A DNA stretch of 64,000 nucleotides from contig NW_027191482.1 of assembly GCF_011745625.1 (NCBI RefSeq), positions 1 through 64,000 on the forward strand. The letters run 5' to 3'. Positions 47,290 to 58,838 of the stretch are shown piece by piece. The stretch is from Cladosporium halotolerans (taxonomy: Eukaryota). A program made the position numbers and the translations under genes. Numbering within the stretch: position 1 is the first letter of the stretch; every line of letters starts with the position of its first letter. The notes under the pieces are model-generated. The model made no database searches and was not told where the DNA came from. It worked only from the letters and a program-made list of their open reading frames with translations.

Positions 47290-47405
47290 GTGGTGATTGA
47301 ACGGTCTCGTCCGTTTTTCAGGTCGACCAATCCCTAATCCGTTGGAGCCAATTGACGATTCTGTCCACTAAAGCTTCAATCCCAAAAACCGAGCAGATCG
47401 ACAAA

Positions 47406-47844
47406 ATGGGCGCCGAACCGATCTCCTTCGAATACCACCAGAACGCCCAAACGTCTTTCAAACCCCCTCTCATCGCCAACGAAAACGCCTTCCTGGGCGA
47501 CGTCTTCACGTCCGAGAGCAACGACCCCAGCGCGCCCATCTCCGCCGGCTTCTACCGTCTAGAGAAAGGTGAGAACATCCCGTCGACTCAAATCCCTTCT
47601 AGTAGCAACGATTCGTTGGCTGAACGATAATGACAAAGGCACCCCCCTCGTCTACGAATACACCTACCACGAAATGAAGATCATCGTCGACGGCAGCTTC
47701 GACATCTCGGACGAGACGGGCAAGAAGGTGCACGCGACCAAGGGCGACGTCTTCTACTTCCCCAAGGGCTCGAAGATCACGTTCGAGACGGACGATTTCG
47801 GGCTGGGGTTCTTTTGCGGGCAGAGGAAGAAGGATGGGGCGTGA
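47406..47844 (+). CDS. EutQ-like small cupin protein
   Basis: Exon 1 47406-47568, intron 47569-47638 (GTGAGA...AAG), exon 2. Spliced product APISAGFYRLEKGTPLVYEYTYHEMKIIVDGSFDISDETGKKVHATKGDVFYFPKGSKITF is a EutQ/cupin_3 pattern. Confidence 0.85.
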
Positions 47845-47937
47845 GGAGGTCGAGCCTTGACTGCGAGGCGTGAAATGGTTTGGTAAATTTGGGGGGTATA
47901 CTACAAATGCGGAAGTGAGCATCGATAATGCAATGCC

Positions 47938-49242
47938 TCAGAGTGCCACCTCGTCGAATTCTCCCTTGCCGTCTTCCGCGGCTACTTTGGCCGCTTCGCC
48001 CTCGGTCGTCTCTTTCTCGCCGCCTTGCGAGCCGCTGGGCTGCGATTCGGCTTCTTCCCTTCCTTGTTCGATCGCTTTCGCCGTGTCGTCTGATTCGTTG
48101 CCGTCGTCGTAGTCGTCATCGTCGCTGAAGTCGTCGCTCTTGCGAGGTCGCTCCGCGAGAGGAGTCCCAGCTATGGACGCCTGCGTCACAGCTCCCTCTT
48201 CAGGCCCGCCATGCTGCTGCTCCGCCTCCCGCTCCTGCTCCTGATTGAACTTCGGCGGCGGCTGCGGCGGCTCCGACGCCCCATCGTCCGTCGGCGTGCG
48301 CTCCGAGCGCGTCGGCCTCTCAGGCGTCGGCGGCGTGTGCTCGATCCTCGGGCTCTCCCTGGCCGCCGCCGTGCTGACGCTCGACCGCTGGACAGCGCTC
48401 GTCCCCATCTGGCGCAGCTTCGGGTCGGCGTCCAGGTAGTACCCGCGCACGCCGACGATGCGGCCCTCGCGCTCGCAGCCCTTGACCCAGTCCGGCACGA
48501 CGACGGGCACGTTCATCTCGACGGCCTTCTCCCAGGCCTGGCCGCGCGGCTCCGTGCAGACGAAGTGCGTGGTGTCGATGCGCACGGCGTCGAGCAGCTT
48601 CGCGCCGATGCGGTTGACCGTCTCCGCGAGGCTGTCCCTGAGCTGGCCGGGCATGACGCCCGGCGTGATGGTGATGCCGCTCAGGTTCTCCATCGTGTGC
48701 GTCTTGACGGTCAGGCGCTCGGAGCTGTACTGCCCCGCGGAGGTGCGCAGCACCAGGTGGAAGGTGTACTCGGTGTCGAGGGCGAGGCCGGAGATCTTGG
48801 TGCTCAGCTTGTCCTTGGGGATGGTGCCGGCCTTGTTGCCGTTGCGGTAGAGGCTGAGGCTGCGCAGCTCGGCGCTCGCGAGGTCGATGGGGTCCCATTC
48901 GAGGACGACGCTGGTCTGCGTGGTGTTGCGGCAGCGGAGGACGGGAGGGGAGGGCGACTTGGTGCCGAAGGTGGTGTAGATGTCGGATTGCAGGGCGGAG
49001 AACTTCTGGTCGGCGACGGCCTCGGCGTGCTGGTTGCGGCCGACGTTGATGTCGACAATGCTGCCGGAGTGGATGTCGGGAGGGAGGAGGATGGAGGGGA
49101 ATTCGATCTGGCATTGGGATGGTTAGCATGTCGATGTCGAATGCGATAGGGGAAGAGTCGCTGGACTCACGAGGCGCTTGTCTTCGGTCAGAAGCACGGC
49201 CACACCGGCGTCGACCTTGCCGACGGTCAACGAGACGAGCAT
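47938..49242 (-). CDS. CHS5: Exomer subunit Chs5 (FN3 plus BRCT domains)
   Basis: MLVSLTVGKVDAGVAVLLTEDKRL, intron 49170-49108, IEFPSILLP...RCRNTTQTSVVLEWDP (FN3)...RIDTTHFVCTE...VVVPDWVKGCE (BRCT), acidic tail. Confidence 0.93.
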
Positions 49243-49842
49243 GGTGGGCTTGGGAGTGTATGTGAAGGCAGGTGGTGGGTTGGAAGATGTTTATTGTCGA
49301 TCGCAGCGTTTACGTTGGATGGAGCCAAAGCCAGCTGGAGCTGTCGCATTGCCAGTAGATATGAGAGGTGATTGGCTGATGCGTGTGGAAGGCTAACGGT
49401 TGCTCTACGACGGGCTCACGAGCTCGGCTGGCCTTCCGCCATGGATTGAGAGCAACAGATTGATACACTATTGGTCACGATGTAACGGAAGCTAATGGCT
49501 GTGCGACGGGAGCATGCGGGTGCGTTTGCCTTTCCAGATTGCGAATCCTGCAAATGTCGAGTGCCCTCAGGCTGTTACACCTTCACCAAAAGCTGAAGGC
49601 CTCTTGTGATTGGCTTAGCAATGACGGGAGCTAGCGGGTGTACCACGGGAAGTCCGAGCATGCTCCTAACATGCGCCTCGCCTTCGACCTGATTTCAACA
49701 GGTGAACAATTTTAACATTCTGTCAAAGTTTTGTCGAAAGTGTCGGTTTTGCAAGACACGCTTCGCAAAAGCTTGCTCATTGATTTACACATGCTTTCAT
49801 CCACTACCTGATCGAGTACGGCGTGCAGACCGAGCCTGCGAA

Positions 49843-51565
49843 ATGACGGTCTGGCTCTATATTTTGTCTGGCTTGGTTGCCATCTGCACCGTGATATTGT
49901 ACGCCGGACTGTTGCCTTTCGAGGGGATCGCCTATCATATGCTCTGGTGCTCACGATTCTGCCATAATGACCACACCTCGACGGCTCAGCCCACGAAGGA
50001 TCCAAATTCGTCCTGGGATCAACTCTATCACCTCGGAGGCAACAGTCCGTGGATACCAAAGACATCAGGGATCATCAGTAGCAATGTCTCCGCTCCCGAA
50101 AATTGTCGCGTAGACCAAGTGCACATGGTAGGAGCAGCGAGTCCTTTTGATTCTACCTCACTGTCTGATCGTTTCTTTCTCTCCCTGTAGTTGTCCCGGC
50201 ATGCAGAGCGATATCCCACTGTCAAAGCCGGCCTCCGTAGGTCTGCCCTTTCTCTCTATCACTGTCTTTCTTTAGGTCACTCAGACAATCTTTTGCAGGG
50301 ATGCTGAACCTATACCACCGCATTGCAAAGCACGACCACAGCTTGAACGGCTCCCTGTCATTCGCCAACGAGTGGAATTTCTTGACACAAGATCCCGCCA
50401 GACACTATGAGAATCTCGTCTCCACTGGCCCGTACGCCGGCACCTTGGAAGCTTTCGCTACCGGCGTGAAGCTTAGAACGCGATACATCGATCTCCTGGA
50501 GGCCGCTCTGGCACGCGGAAAGGTCTCATTCTGGGCTAGTGGATCTGACCGTGTGGAAGAGACAGCACGATACTTTGGCGCTGGTTTCTTCGGCCTGGAC
50601 TGGGAAAGGCACGCGCGATTGCAAGTGATTCCAGAAACGTCCGACCTCGGAGCTGATACACTTACGCCGGGTGATACTTGCCTCGACTACGCAAACGATG
50701 TCAATGACTTCGGGCACGCGTATGGTGCCAGGATGTTGTCTGAATTTCGCGGAACGTATATCCCAGCCATAGCATCTCGACTTGCCGAGGAAAACCCTAG
50801 TCTCACGTTCTCCGAGGACGAGGTATACGCTATGCAAGAGATATGCGGTTTCGAGACGCTTGCCAAAGGCTCGTCGCCTTGGTGCGACGTCTTCACCCAC
50901 GACGAATGGGAGAGCTTCGAATACGCTCGCGACGTGCTGCATTACTACCGAGCAGGCCCCGGCAACCCCTACGGCGCAACAATAGGCTGGCTATATCTCA
51001 ACGCGACGGCGAACCTCCTGCGCTCCGGCCCAGAAGCCGGCGAACTCTTCCTCAGCTTGTACACACCCACCTCCCCACCCAAAGGCCCTCCAACAGACAA
51101 ACTAACACCCCCTCTCCCAGCGTCCACGACGGCGACATAACTCCCTTCCTAACCGCCCTCTCCCTCCTCCCCCAGACCCCACACCTCCCCTCAACCCAAC
51201 CCCTCCGCAACCGCACCTGGCGCACCTCCGACGTAGTCCCCATGGGCGGCCGCGTGCTCCTCGAGCGCCTCGCCTGCCCCGCCCCGGTCGCCTGCTGGGA
51301 CAACGCGCCCTTCTACCCCAACCACGTCTACTGCGAGCCGCCGCGCGACGAGCTCTCCGTGCGAGTCAATGTGAACGATGGGATCGTGGCGATTCCTGGG
51401 TGCGAGGGGGGAGCGGGCGGGAGCTGTCCGCTGGAGGAGTTCTTGGAGAGGGTTGAGAGGAGGGGGAGGGAGGTGGGGGATTTTGGGGAGCAGGTGGGGG
51501 ACTTTGCGGCGGTTTGTGGGTTGGGAGAGGATGCGCCGGATGGGATCACGTTTTTGCATCAATAA
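49843..51565 (+). CDS. Histidine acid phosphatase (phytase/Pho-like)
   Basis: N-terminal hydrophobic anchor, HLGGNSPW, CRVDQVHM-LSRHAERYPT (RHxxRxP) after intron 50128-50190, further introns 50237-50298 and 51059-51120, catalytic FVHDGD and VPMGGR motifs. Confidence 0.9.
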
Positions 51566-53302
51566 TGAAAGGAAAAGTGCGGGTACGAGATGCTGGGTGG
51601 CCTATCTTTTGGCTGCATAGATCAAATAGACTAGAGACGAGGGCTGCTATGTTTTGGACAATTGACCGTTTTCCTTTACGGGGTGAAATACTGCTGCACG
51701 GGAATTTCTGAGTCTCAGCTAAAACATCATACACATATTTTGGTGTCCTGAGACTGCCATTCTCGTGGCTGTCGTAGCGTTGTGGTGGCGGCCTGCCATG
51801 TCGTCGAAAATGACCATGATCTGGAACCATCTTCTCCACGACAAATGAGCTGCCGCAGAGAGATGGGTTGTTGACATTGAATCCCTCGGTGCCAAAAAAA
51901 TGTTATCGTCGTCTCGACAAGCTCTCTGTGACAAATGCCCACAAGGTGGCAGAGGGGGCGCTGGCGAGACTCTTCATGAATCACCAAAACGTCTCAGTCC
52001 TCGGTCACGCCCGGAGCGACCGAGGGCATACTTTCGTTGAAGATCCGGCACGTGAACAAGTCCGCCCGACACCGAAGCCATCAAAGAAGCTCAACAACGG
52101 CGGTAGAAGGGCTGCTGAGGTTAATCGAATATCTGGGTTCGGACGTCCGGATGATGATGTCGCCAAAGCACGCGGCGCTGCGTGTCACCGTGAATACCAA
52201 GAGACGTGCCAGATTACAGTTCCATGGCAAAACTTGGGGCTGTGGGTGCGAAAGTCTGCCGCTTTCCTGGACCAATCCCCGGGGGCTGTCAGGACGGGCG
52301 TTCGCGTAAGACTCTACAGACCTGAACCCTTGTGCGCAAGTTCCCGTCGGACCTACAATTAGCCGCCAATTGTGGAAATATGGCCGCGCAAGAGTATCAT
52401 TGCATCTTCATCCCCATGTGTTCAGGTACGCGCAGCGCAGGCGAAGCGACAAGCCCGATACTTGTGATGAAGTGGCGCGACCAGACCCCGGGTCGTGGGG
52501 TTGGTACTCCCACCGGCACACAGGGCTCGACGCAGACAACAGTCAGCCTGAACGCGATGCTGCATCTTGCTGGACATCTAATCTCGTCTTATCGACCGCG
52601 GCAGTCTGCGGGCCAGCCGTCCAGATTGCACGTGCATATACCGTGGCTTGCGGTCTCGACCCTTCGTAAAACGTGGTCGGTCTCCATGCAACAGCCAAAT
52701 CCACCGTCTGCCAAGCCTGCGCGCGGACTTCAACCACATCTTCCACTGCCGGCCTGAACCACAGCTGCAGCCTCAACATGTCACCACTTCACCCGGCACC
52801 GCATTTTGCCTTCAGCAGGCGGTGCCTCCCTCCATGTGGCGATGCTTAGCAACCATCTTCCGCTCGTCCATGCGTCCACCGGAACACAGCAGATGTATTG
52901 CACCGTCTTAGCGTGCTTATCTTGCCCCGGAGTCTACACCACTTCGGCCGTGTCCAAGACAAAGGCGTTCCTTGGCACCTATGGAACCCGACCCGTGCAC
53001 GCCGCCGATACCACCTCTGCCAATCCACTCCGCTCGCCAGAAAACATTGGCGCGGGCTCCTTCAATATTGGCTAACCAGTGGGGCCCCTTCGCTCCAGAT
53101 GGGGAGCCCCATGGGGTTGGTCGCTAGCGGCTGTGCACGTTTCACCCACGTTGCGAGCCTCGCGAGGCCCCAGGCGCCTCTTCCTTGCATCTGCCGCGTT
53201 GGGGACCCACCTTGGCACCTTATGCGCCGCCTGTACGATGTGGGCGTACAGGAAGGAATCTCAGCTCCTGCTAGCTAGCCTTTGGTCCGGACGATGAGGT
53301 CG

Positions 53303-53308
53303 TATAAA
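53303..53308 (+). promoter_or_regulatory. TATA box of the MFS gene
   Basis: TATAAA about 110 nt upstream of the ATG at 53415, followed by a pyrimidine-rich tract. Confidence 0.45.
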
Positions 53309-53414
53309 GCGCAGATCCCCCCCAGATCCGCTCGCCGATAAGTAGGTGTTTTGTTCTCACCGTTTGCTTCTCTGCACATTTTGTACTTCCCCTTGGTTTG
53401 GGTGATTCTTCAAG

Positions 53415-55140
53415 ATGACGGACGTCAAAGACTCTCGCAATCTCCACACTGAGGACGTCAACAGCTCCGATGGAGATATCGTCGAGAAGGGCTCCATTGT
53501 TGGCAAGCATGGCGGCGGTCACGCTGAAAGCCTGAACGACCTCGAGGACCCAGATGCTGGCAAATCCCCTGAGGAGAGGGCTGCACTCGTAAGGATACGA
53601 CTGTGCCAGAATGGAGGAGCCGTCGCTGACAATCGTTTAGGACAAGCAACTCGTCAGGAAGATCGATCGCTGGCTCATCCCATGGCTTTGCTTGCTCTAC
53701 CTTCTCAGTTTCCTTGGTAAGCTCATCTCAGCCATCGTGCAACGAGCTTTGCTAATCTGAAACACCCTCAGATCGTACAAACATCGGTAACGCTCGATTG
53801 GCGGGCATGGAGCCCGATCTTCGAATGGCTGGCCACGATTACAACAACGCTCTCACGATTTTCTTCATTTCATATGCTCTTGCTGAGCCTATCACCAACG
53901 TCTTGCTGAAGCGTCTGACACCCCGTGTCTTCTTCACTGCCATTATCTTGCTTTGGGGCCTGATTATGACCTTGATGGGTCTGGTGAAGAATTACGCTGG
54001 CCTTCTTGCCTGCCGGTGGTTCTTGGGTCTCGCTGAGGCCGGTCTTTTCCCCGGTGTCAACTACTACCTTTCCTGCTGGTACAAGCGTTCTGAGCTGGGT
54101 CTTCGCGCCGCCACGTTCTTCTCGGCTGCTGCGCTCGCTGGCTCATTCGGTGGCTTGCTCGCCGCTGCGATCGCTCTCATGGACGGCATCGGAGGCCTGG
54201 ACGGTTGGGCGTGGATCTTCATCATTGAGGTAAGGTTTTTGCCAAGGTTCCACGCGAACCTACACTGACGTATGCGAACTTACACTGACGCCGCTTACAG
54301 GGTCTTGCCACCATGTTCGTTGGCTGCTTCTGCTGGTGGATGGTCTTCGACTGGCCCGGCACTGCTCGATTCCTCACCCATGAGGAACGCCTCCGCGTGC
54401 GCCGCCGTCTCGCGGCTGACAACCAGTCCAACACTGCTGAGGAGTATGATCGCCGCCATGTCTACGCCGCCCTGAAAGATTGGAAGTGCTGGGGATACGC
54501 GGTTATCTACATGGGCTGCCTGATGCCGCTGTACGCCTTCTCGCTCTTCCTCCCCACCATCATCGCCGCAATGGGCCATAAGGGTACCAGGGCCCAGCTT
54601 CTTTCCGTCCCTCCCTACGCCGTCGCCGCGACCCTCACAATTATCATCGGTTATGTCGGCGACCGTACCCGCCAGCGAGCCATCCTCAACATGATTGTCG
54701 TCGTCATCGGTATCGCCGGCTTTACCATGTTGATCGCCAGCGCCGACCCAACCATCCAGTACGTCGGCACCTTCCTCGGCGCCGTCGGCATCTACCCAAC
54801 GATCCCCAACACGCTGTCGTGGTGCAGCAACAACATCGAGGGCGTCTACAAGCGCGGCGTCATCATCGGCATCGTTGTCGGCAGCGGTAACCTCAACGGT
54901 GTCGTCTCGTCCAACATCTTCCTCGTCGAGGAGAAGCCGCGCTACTGGACCGGTCACGGCATGGTGCTGGGCTACATGAGCGTGTTCCTGCTCGGCGGCA
55001 CCGTCTTCATGTACCTCATGCTCAGGCGCGAGAACTCCAAGAGGCGCAGCGGTGCGAGGGACAACATGCACGCTGGCAAGACGGAGGACCAGATCTGGGT
55101 TGCGGGTGACAATAGGCCGGATTTCATCTACTCGTTGTAG
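53415..55140 (+). CDS. MFS transporter, anion:cation symporter family (Tna1/Dal5-like)
   Basis: Introns 53589-53640, 53717-53771 and 54230-54300. LVRKID...LSFLDRTNIGNA, RWFLGLAEAGLFPG, GWAWIFIIEG, ARFLTHEER and C-terminal RPDFIYSL motifs. Confidence 0.92.
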
Positions 55141-56677
55141 ATGGATCTTGGCTGGGTAAAGGGAAGGTCGTTTGCTGTCCTCTCCTGATAATCTAGGGAT
55201 ATTTTGAGAAATGAAAGTTATGATTCGATGATTTGTTGTTCTTGACTGTCTGTCGTCTGAACCTTCCCTCCGTAGGTGGCAAAGGCGTGTCTGTGATGGA
55301 ACATGTATGTTGTTGCAGGTCGATTCTAAGGAAGGTGGCCACCCGCACATCTCGATTGAGCGTGAGTACATGCTCTCGGATTCAAATCACCATGGTCTGA
55401 CCAGAGCTGAACGCTGCAAATTGTGAGTGGCAAAAACTTCAGCTGGTTGGTTGGCAGATGCGAAAAAGCTCACATCGGCAATCATGGGTGCGGGTGTGCA
55501 CAAATTCAACGACCATGCGTGCTTACAGCAATGTCACCGCACAAGAGAGAAGTACACCTGACGTCCAAATATGCTTAATGGTGTGTGGGTCAGATGGTAA
55601 CGCTCTCGCGGTTCGAGTGGCCCGAAAGGCAGGGAACAACACCACCGTGGGGTAGCGCGACCCTACCAACTCAGATCTTGACCCTGCCAGATGAAGCTCG
55701 CGTGGCATTCTTCGCCCTGTCGGTGGCAGTCCGACGCCCCGAATGGTGAATTGGCAGATCTGATGGTCGAGCGCATGGCAAAGTGGAGCCTGCGCTCGAG
55801 CGCTCCCCGTCCCGCCCGAGCCTAAAGTCTGCTTGCAAAACCTTCATGTGAACGTCACTCTGTCGTGTCTACGCCGTAATATGACCGGAATGTCCGATTC
55901 TCGCGCGGAGGACGCGTAGGATAGGGGAATATGGCGTATGATGGTCCTTGAATGGTCAGCAAATGCCTGAATCAAAAACATCGACAGCGATCGATGCGCA
56001 TCACTACAACGCATCAGCCGCATCACCAGAGCCGCTATCCGGGCGCGATTGATGCCGCAACAAGCGCAACCCTAGATTGCACACGCATACAGGCGCGATT
56101 CAGAGCACCGAAAGGCTCAATGTGATGCCGCAGTGAGCGTGGGGTGACCAGAAGTGGTACCGTTGCGCGTCGAATCTCGAGCGCTCGTGCCCTTTCTGCG
56201 AATTTCGACCCTCTCAGTTCCACTTTCGACCGCTCTGCCGTTCGCCGCAGCGAGCGCAGCTACCTCTTCCAGTAGGAATCTAACCGCGCAGCCGAGATTT
56301 TGCATCATGATGTTCTTTTGCCATTCAGATTTCCTCTCCCATCACCCTAGCCGAAGCCTCCTGGCGTGCCCGTTAGACCCATAGCTCTGTTGACGCTAGT
56401 CTTGCCCTTGCAGACTTTATCTTCGCTCGCCTCACGGAGTCAGGTATAATATGGCACTCCAGATCCTTCACTCCAGAAACCTCAGTTCATGAGTGCACTT
56501 GAGTTCACCATTCTAACCCGTCAAGTGCAAAAGATTTCAGCGCCCTGGTTCGTCCTTTGTGGCAATTGGCGTACAACGCCAACATACATCTCATCATTAT
56601 TACCGCGGCAGTTGCAGTGAATCAAACCTTTAATTAACTTCATCAACCCGCAGACAGCATTCCGTGAGAACACAGTC

Positions 56678-58324
56678 ATGCCGCCTTACGAACCCCGTCC
56701 TCAGATGGACGAACGGCAACCAACAATGGACACTATCAAGGAAGCTCCCACTGCACACACTGCTCAGAGCAGAACGACTGCTCACGCACACCCTACCTAC
56801 GCCAGCATAACACGACAGCCGACACACGCCAAAATGTCACGACAGCCTACCCAGAACACGCTAGCCACCAATGGCCTTGCCGGTCCGCCCGCCTACCCGA
56901 AGAATCGGGACGTCTTCTTCGAGGATGGCTACGAGGACGAAAATCCTTGGATGCAGCAACAAGACGATGACGGCCCAGGCTTCTCTCTGGCGGGAAATTT
57001 TCCGAGGACTGTCAGGTGGCGCCGAAAGCGACCTGGCGTCGACCAACACGACACCGTCAAACCAGATGAGCACGGCGAGACCGAACGCGCGCCTCAGATC
57101 GAAGCAGCTGACGAATTGCGGGAGGGCGACGATCACGATCCCGTCGACGACGCTCGCTCGATTGGCGAAGAGGAGTCTCTCAAGCGTCGGAAACACGAGC
57201 AAAACCAGCAGGGGGGTGAACTCCCGCCTCCCCAGCCAATGAGTCATGAGACACCACCCTCTTACCCGCCCGACATCCAGCCTTTCAATGGTTGGGCCAA
57301 CATTAGGATGAAATTTCAGCGACCTCTGGCTGAGTTCCTGGGCATGTCGGTATTTATTTTCCTTGGAATAAACGCCAACTTGAGCGTTTATGTGTCACAA
57401 AGTCAATCGGGCAACCAGAACACTGTATGGTGGGTATGGGGTCTTGCGGACATGATCGGAATCTACATCGCCGGTGGCACATCGGGTGGTTTCCTCAATC
57501 CCATGCTGGTCGTCATGCTGTCCATCTTCCGAGGGTTCCCGGCCAGACGCATTCCCATATACATGCTAGCGCAAATCTTTGGCGCCTTTGTCGGAGCGCT
57601 ACTCGCTTTTGCGATGCACTACGACAGCATCATGCACCTCGACGGCGCACTGATCCCCGAAACGACCGGCGTCAACTTCTACACGCAGCCGCAAGCCGAC
57701 TACATCTCCGTCGGAACGGCTTTCTGCGTCGAAATGCTCGGCAGCGCCGTCATCGCCTGCTCTATCCTGGCCCTCGGTGACTCTGGCAACTCCCCTCCCG
57801 GCGCCGGTATGCACGCCCTGATCATCGGCCTCATGATCACGACAACCTGCATGGCGCTCGGCTGGACGACCCGCGGCTGCTTCAACCCAGCGCGCGACCT
57901 GGGCCCGCGCCTCGCCGCGCTCGCCGTCGGCTACCCGCTGCACTCCTTCACGGACTTCAAGAATTTCTGGATATGGGGCGCGTGGGTCGCGCCCATGGTC
58001 GGCGGCCTCGTCGGCGGCCTGGCGTACGACGGCTGCATCTTCAAGGGCGGCGAGAGCCCCGTCAACTACTCCGGCACGCTATGGAAGCGCAAGGGCCTGC
58101 AGAAGGAGAGCGAGTTCTTCGACTACGTCATGCGCAACCCGCGCAAGGCCGACGACGTCGCCAACAGGCTGGAGAGCGGCGAGCTTGACACCCCAGAAGA
58201 CAAGGTGAAGGCCGAGTCCGAGGCCGCGACGTCGCAGAGCCAGTCTGCCCGCCCGAGTACGGATCAGGCCCGCGAGCCGCCGTCGACAAGCTACTTGGAC
58301 AATCGGTTCCAGAGGCCAGAATAG
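56678..58324 (+). CDS. Aquaglyceroporin (MIP family) with long N-terminal extension
   Basis: AEFLG, SGGFLNPM (loop B), RGFP, AQIFGAFVG and CFNPARDLGPR (loop E; NPARD marks glyceroporins), GGESPVN; single exon, 548 aa. Confidence 0.92.
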   Translation: MPPYEPRPQMDERQPTMDTIKEAPTAHTAQSRTTAHAHPTYASITRQPTHAKMSRQPTQNTLATNGLAGPPAYPKNRDVFFEDGYEDENPWMQQQDDDGPGFSLAGNFPRTVRWRRKRPGVDQHDTVKPDEHGETERAPQIEAADELREGDDHDPVDDARSIGEEESLKRRKHEQNQQGGELPPPQPMSHETPPSYPPDIQPFNGWANIRMKFQRPLAEFLGMSVFIFLGINANLSVYVSQSQSGNQNTVWWVWGLADMIGIYIAGGTSGGFLNPMLVVMLSIFRGFPARRIPIYMLAQIFGAFVGALLAFAMHYDSIMHLDGALIPETTGVNFYTQPQADYISVGTAFCVEMLGSAVIACSILALGDSGNSPPGAGMHALIIGLMITTTCMALGWTTRGCFNPARDLGPRLAALAVGYPLHSFTDFKNFWIWGAWVAPMVGGLVGGLAYDGCIFKGGESPVNYSGTLWKRKGLQKESEFFDYVMRNPRKADDVANRLESGELDTPEDKVKAESEAATSQSQSARPSTDQAREPPSTSYLDNRFQRPE

Positions 58325-58838
58325 GGCGGTAATAGCCTGTTCCTCTGGTTCGTCACTGTCCTGTGCATTTACTTTCTATATTCCTATTTCTTGCATTTAG
58401 TCCTTTCATAGCTTTTGTTTTTCTGTTTCAGTGGTGTTATGGGCATTTTCTTCGAGCGAGCAAGGCGCAAATGGACGTTAAAAGCACTTGGGTTCATTCT
58501 TGCCATGATCAGCGTTTGGGGGTGTTTTGCTTGGGGGGCTATTGATTCCGATAGCTCAAAATCATCACATTCTCAAATTCATCACATTCACCGATAAGGC
58601 ATCAGCTTTGACCTGGCAAAGTGATCAAGCATTCCACAGAAAACAGAAACCACTCGTCAACGCTTTCGCTAATCAAACGACCCCGTTCTTCGCTAAACAT
58701 CAAAAAAGGCTCCCAGAAAACCCGCTCTCAAGCACCATTCGCCGCTCAACAGAAACCGCCGTGCATTTCCCTCTCAGGATTCCGGAGGACTTTGGCCCTC
58801 TCTCCAACGCTTATTCACCATCATGTGTCAAGTCACTC

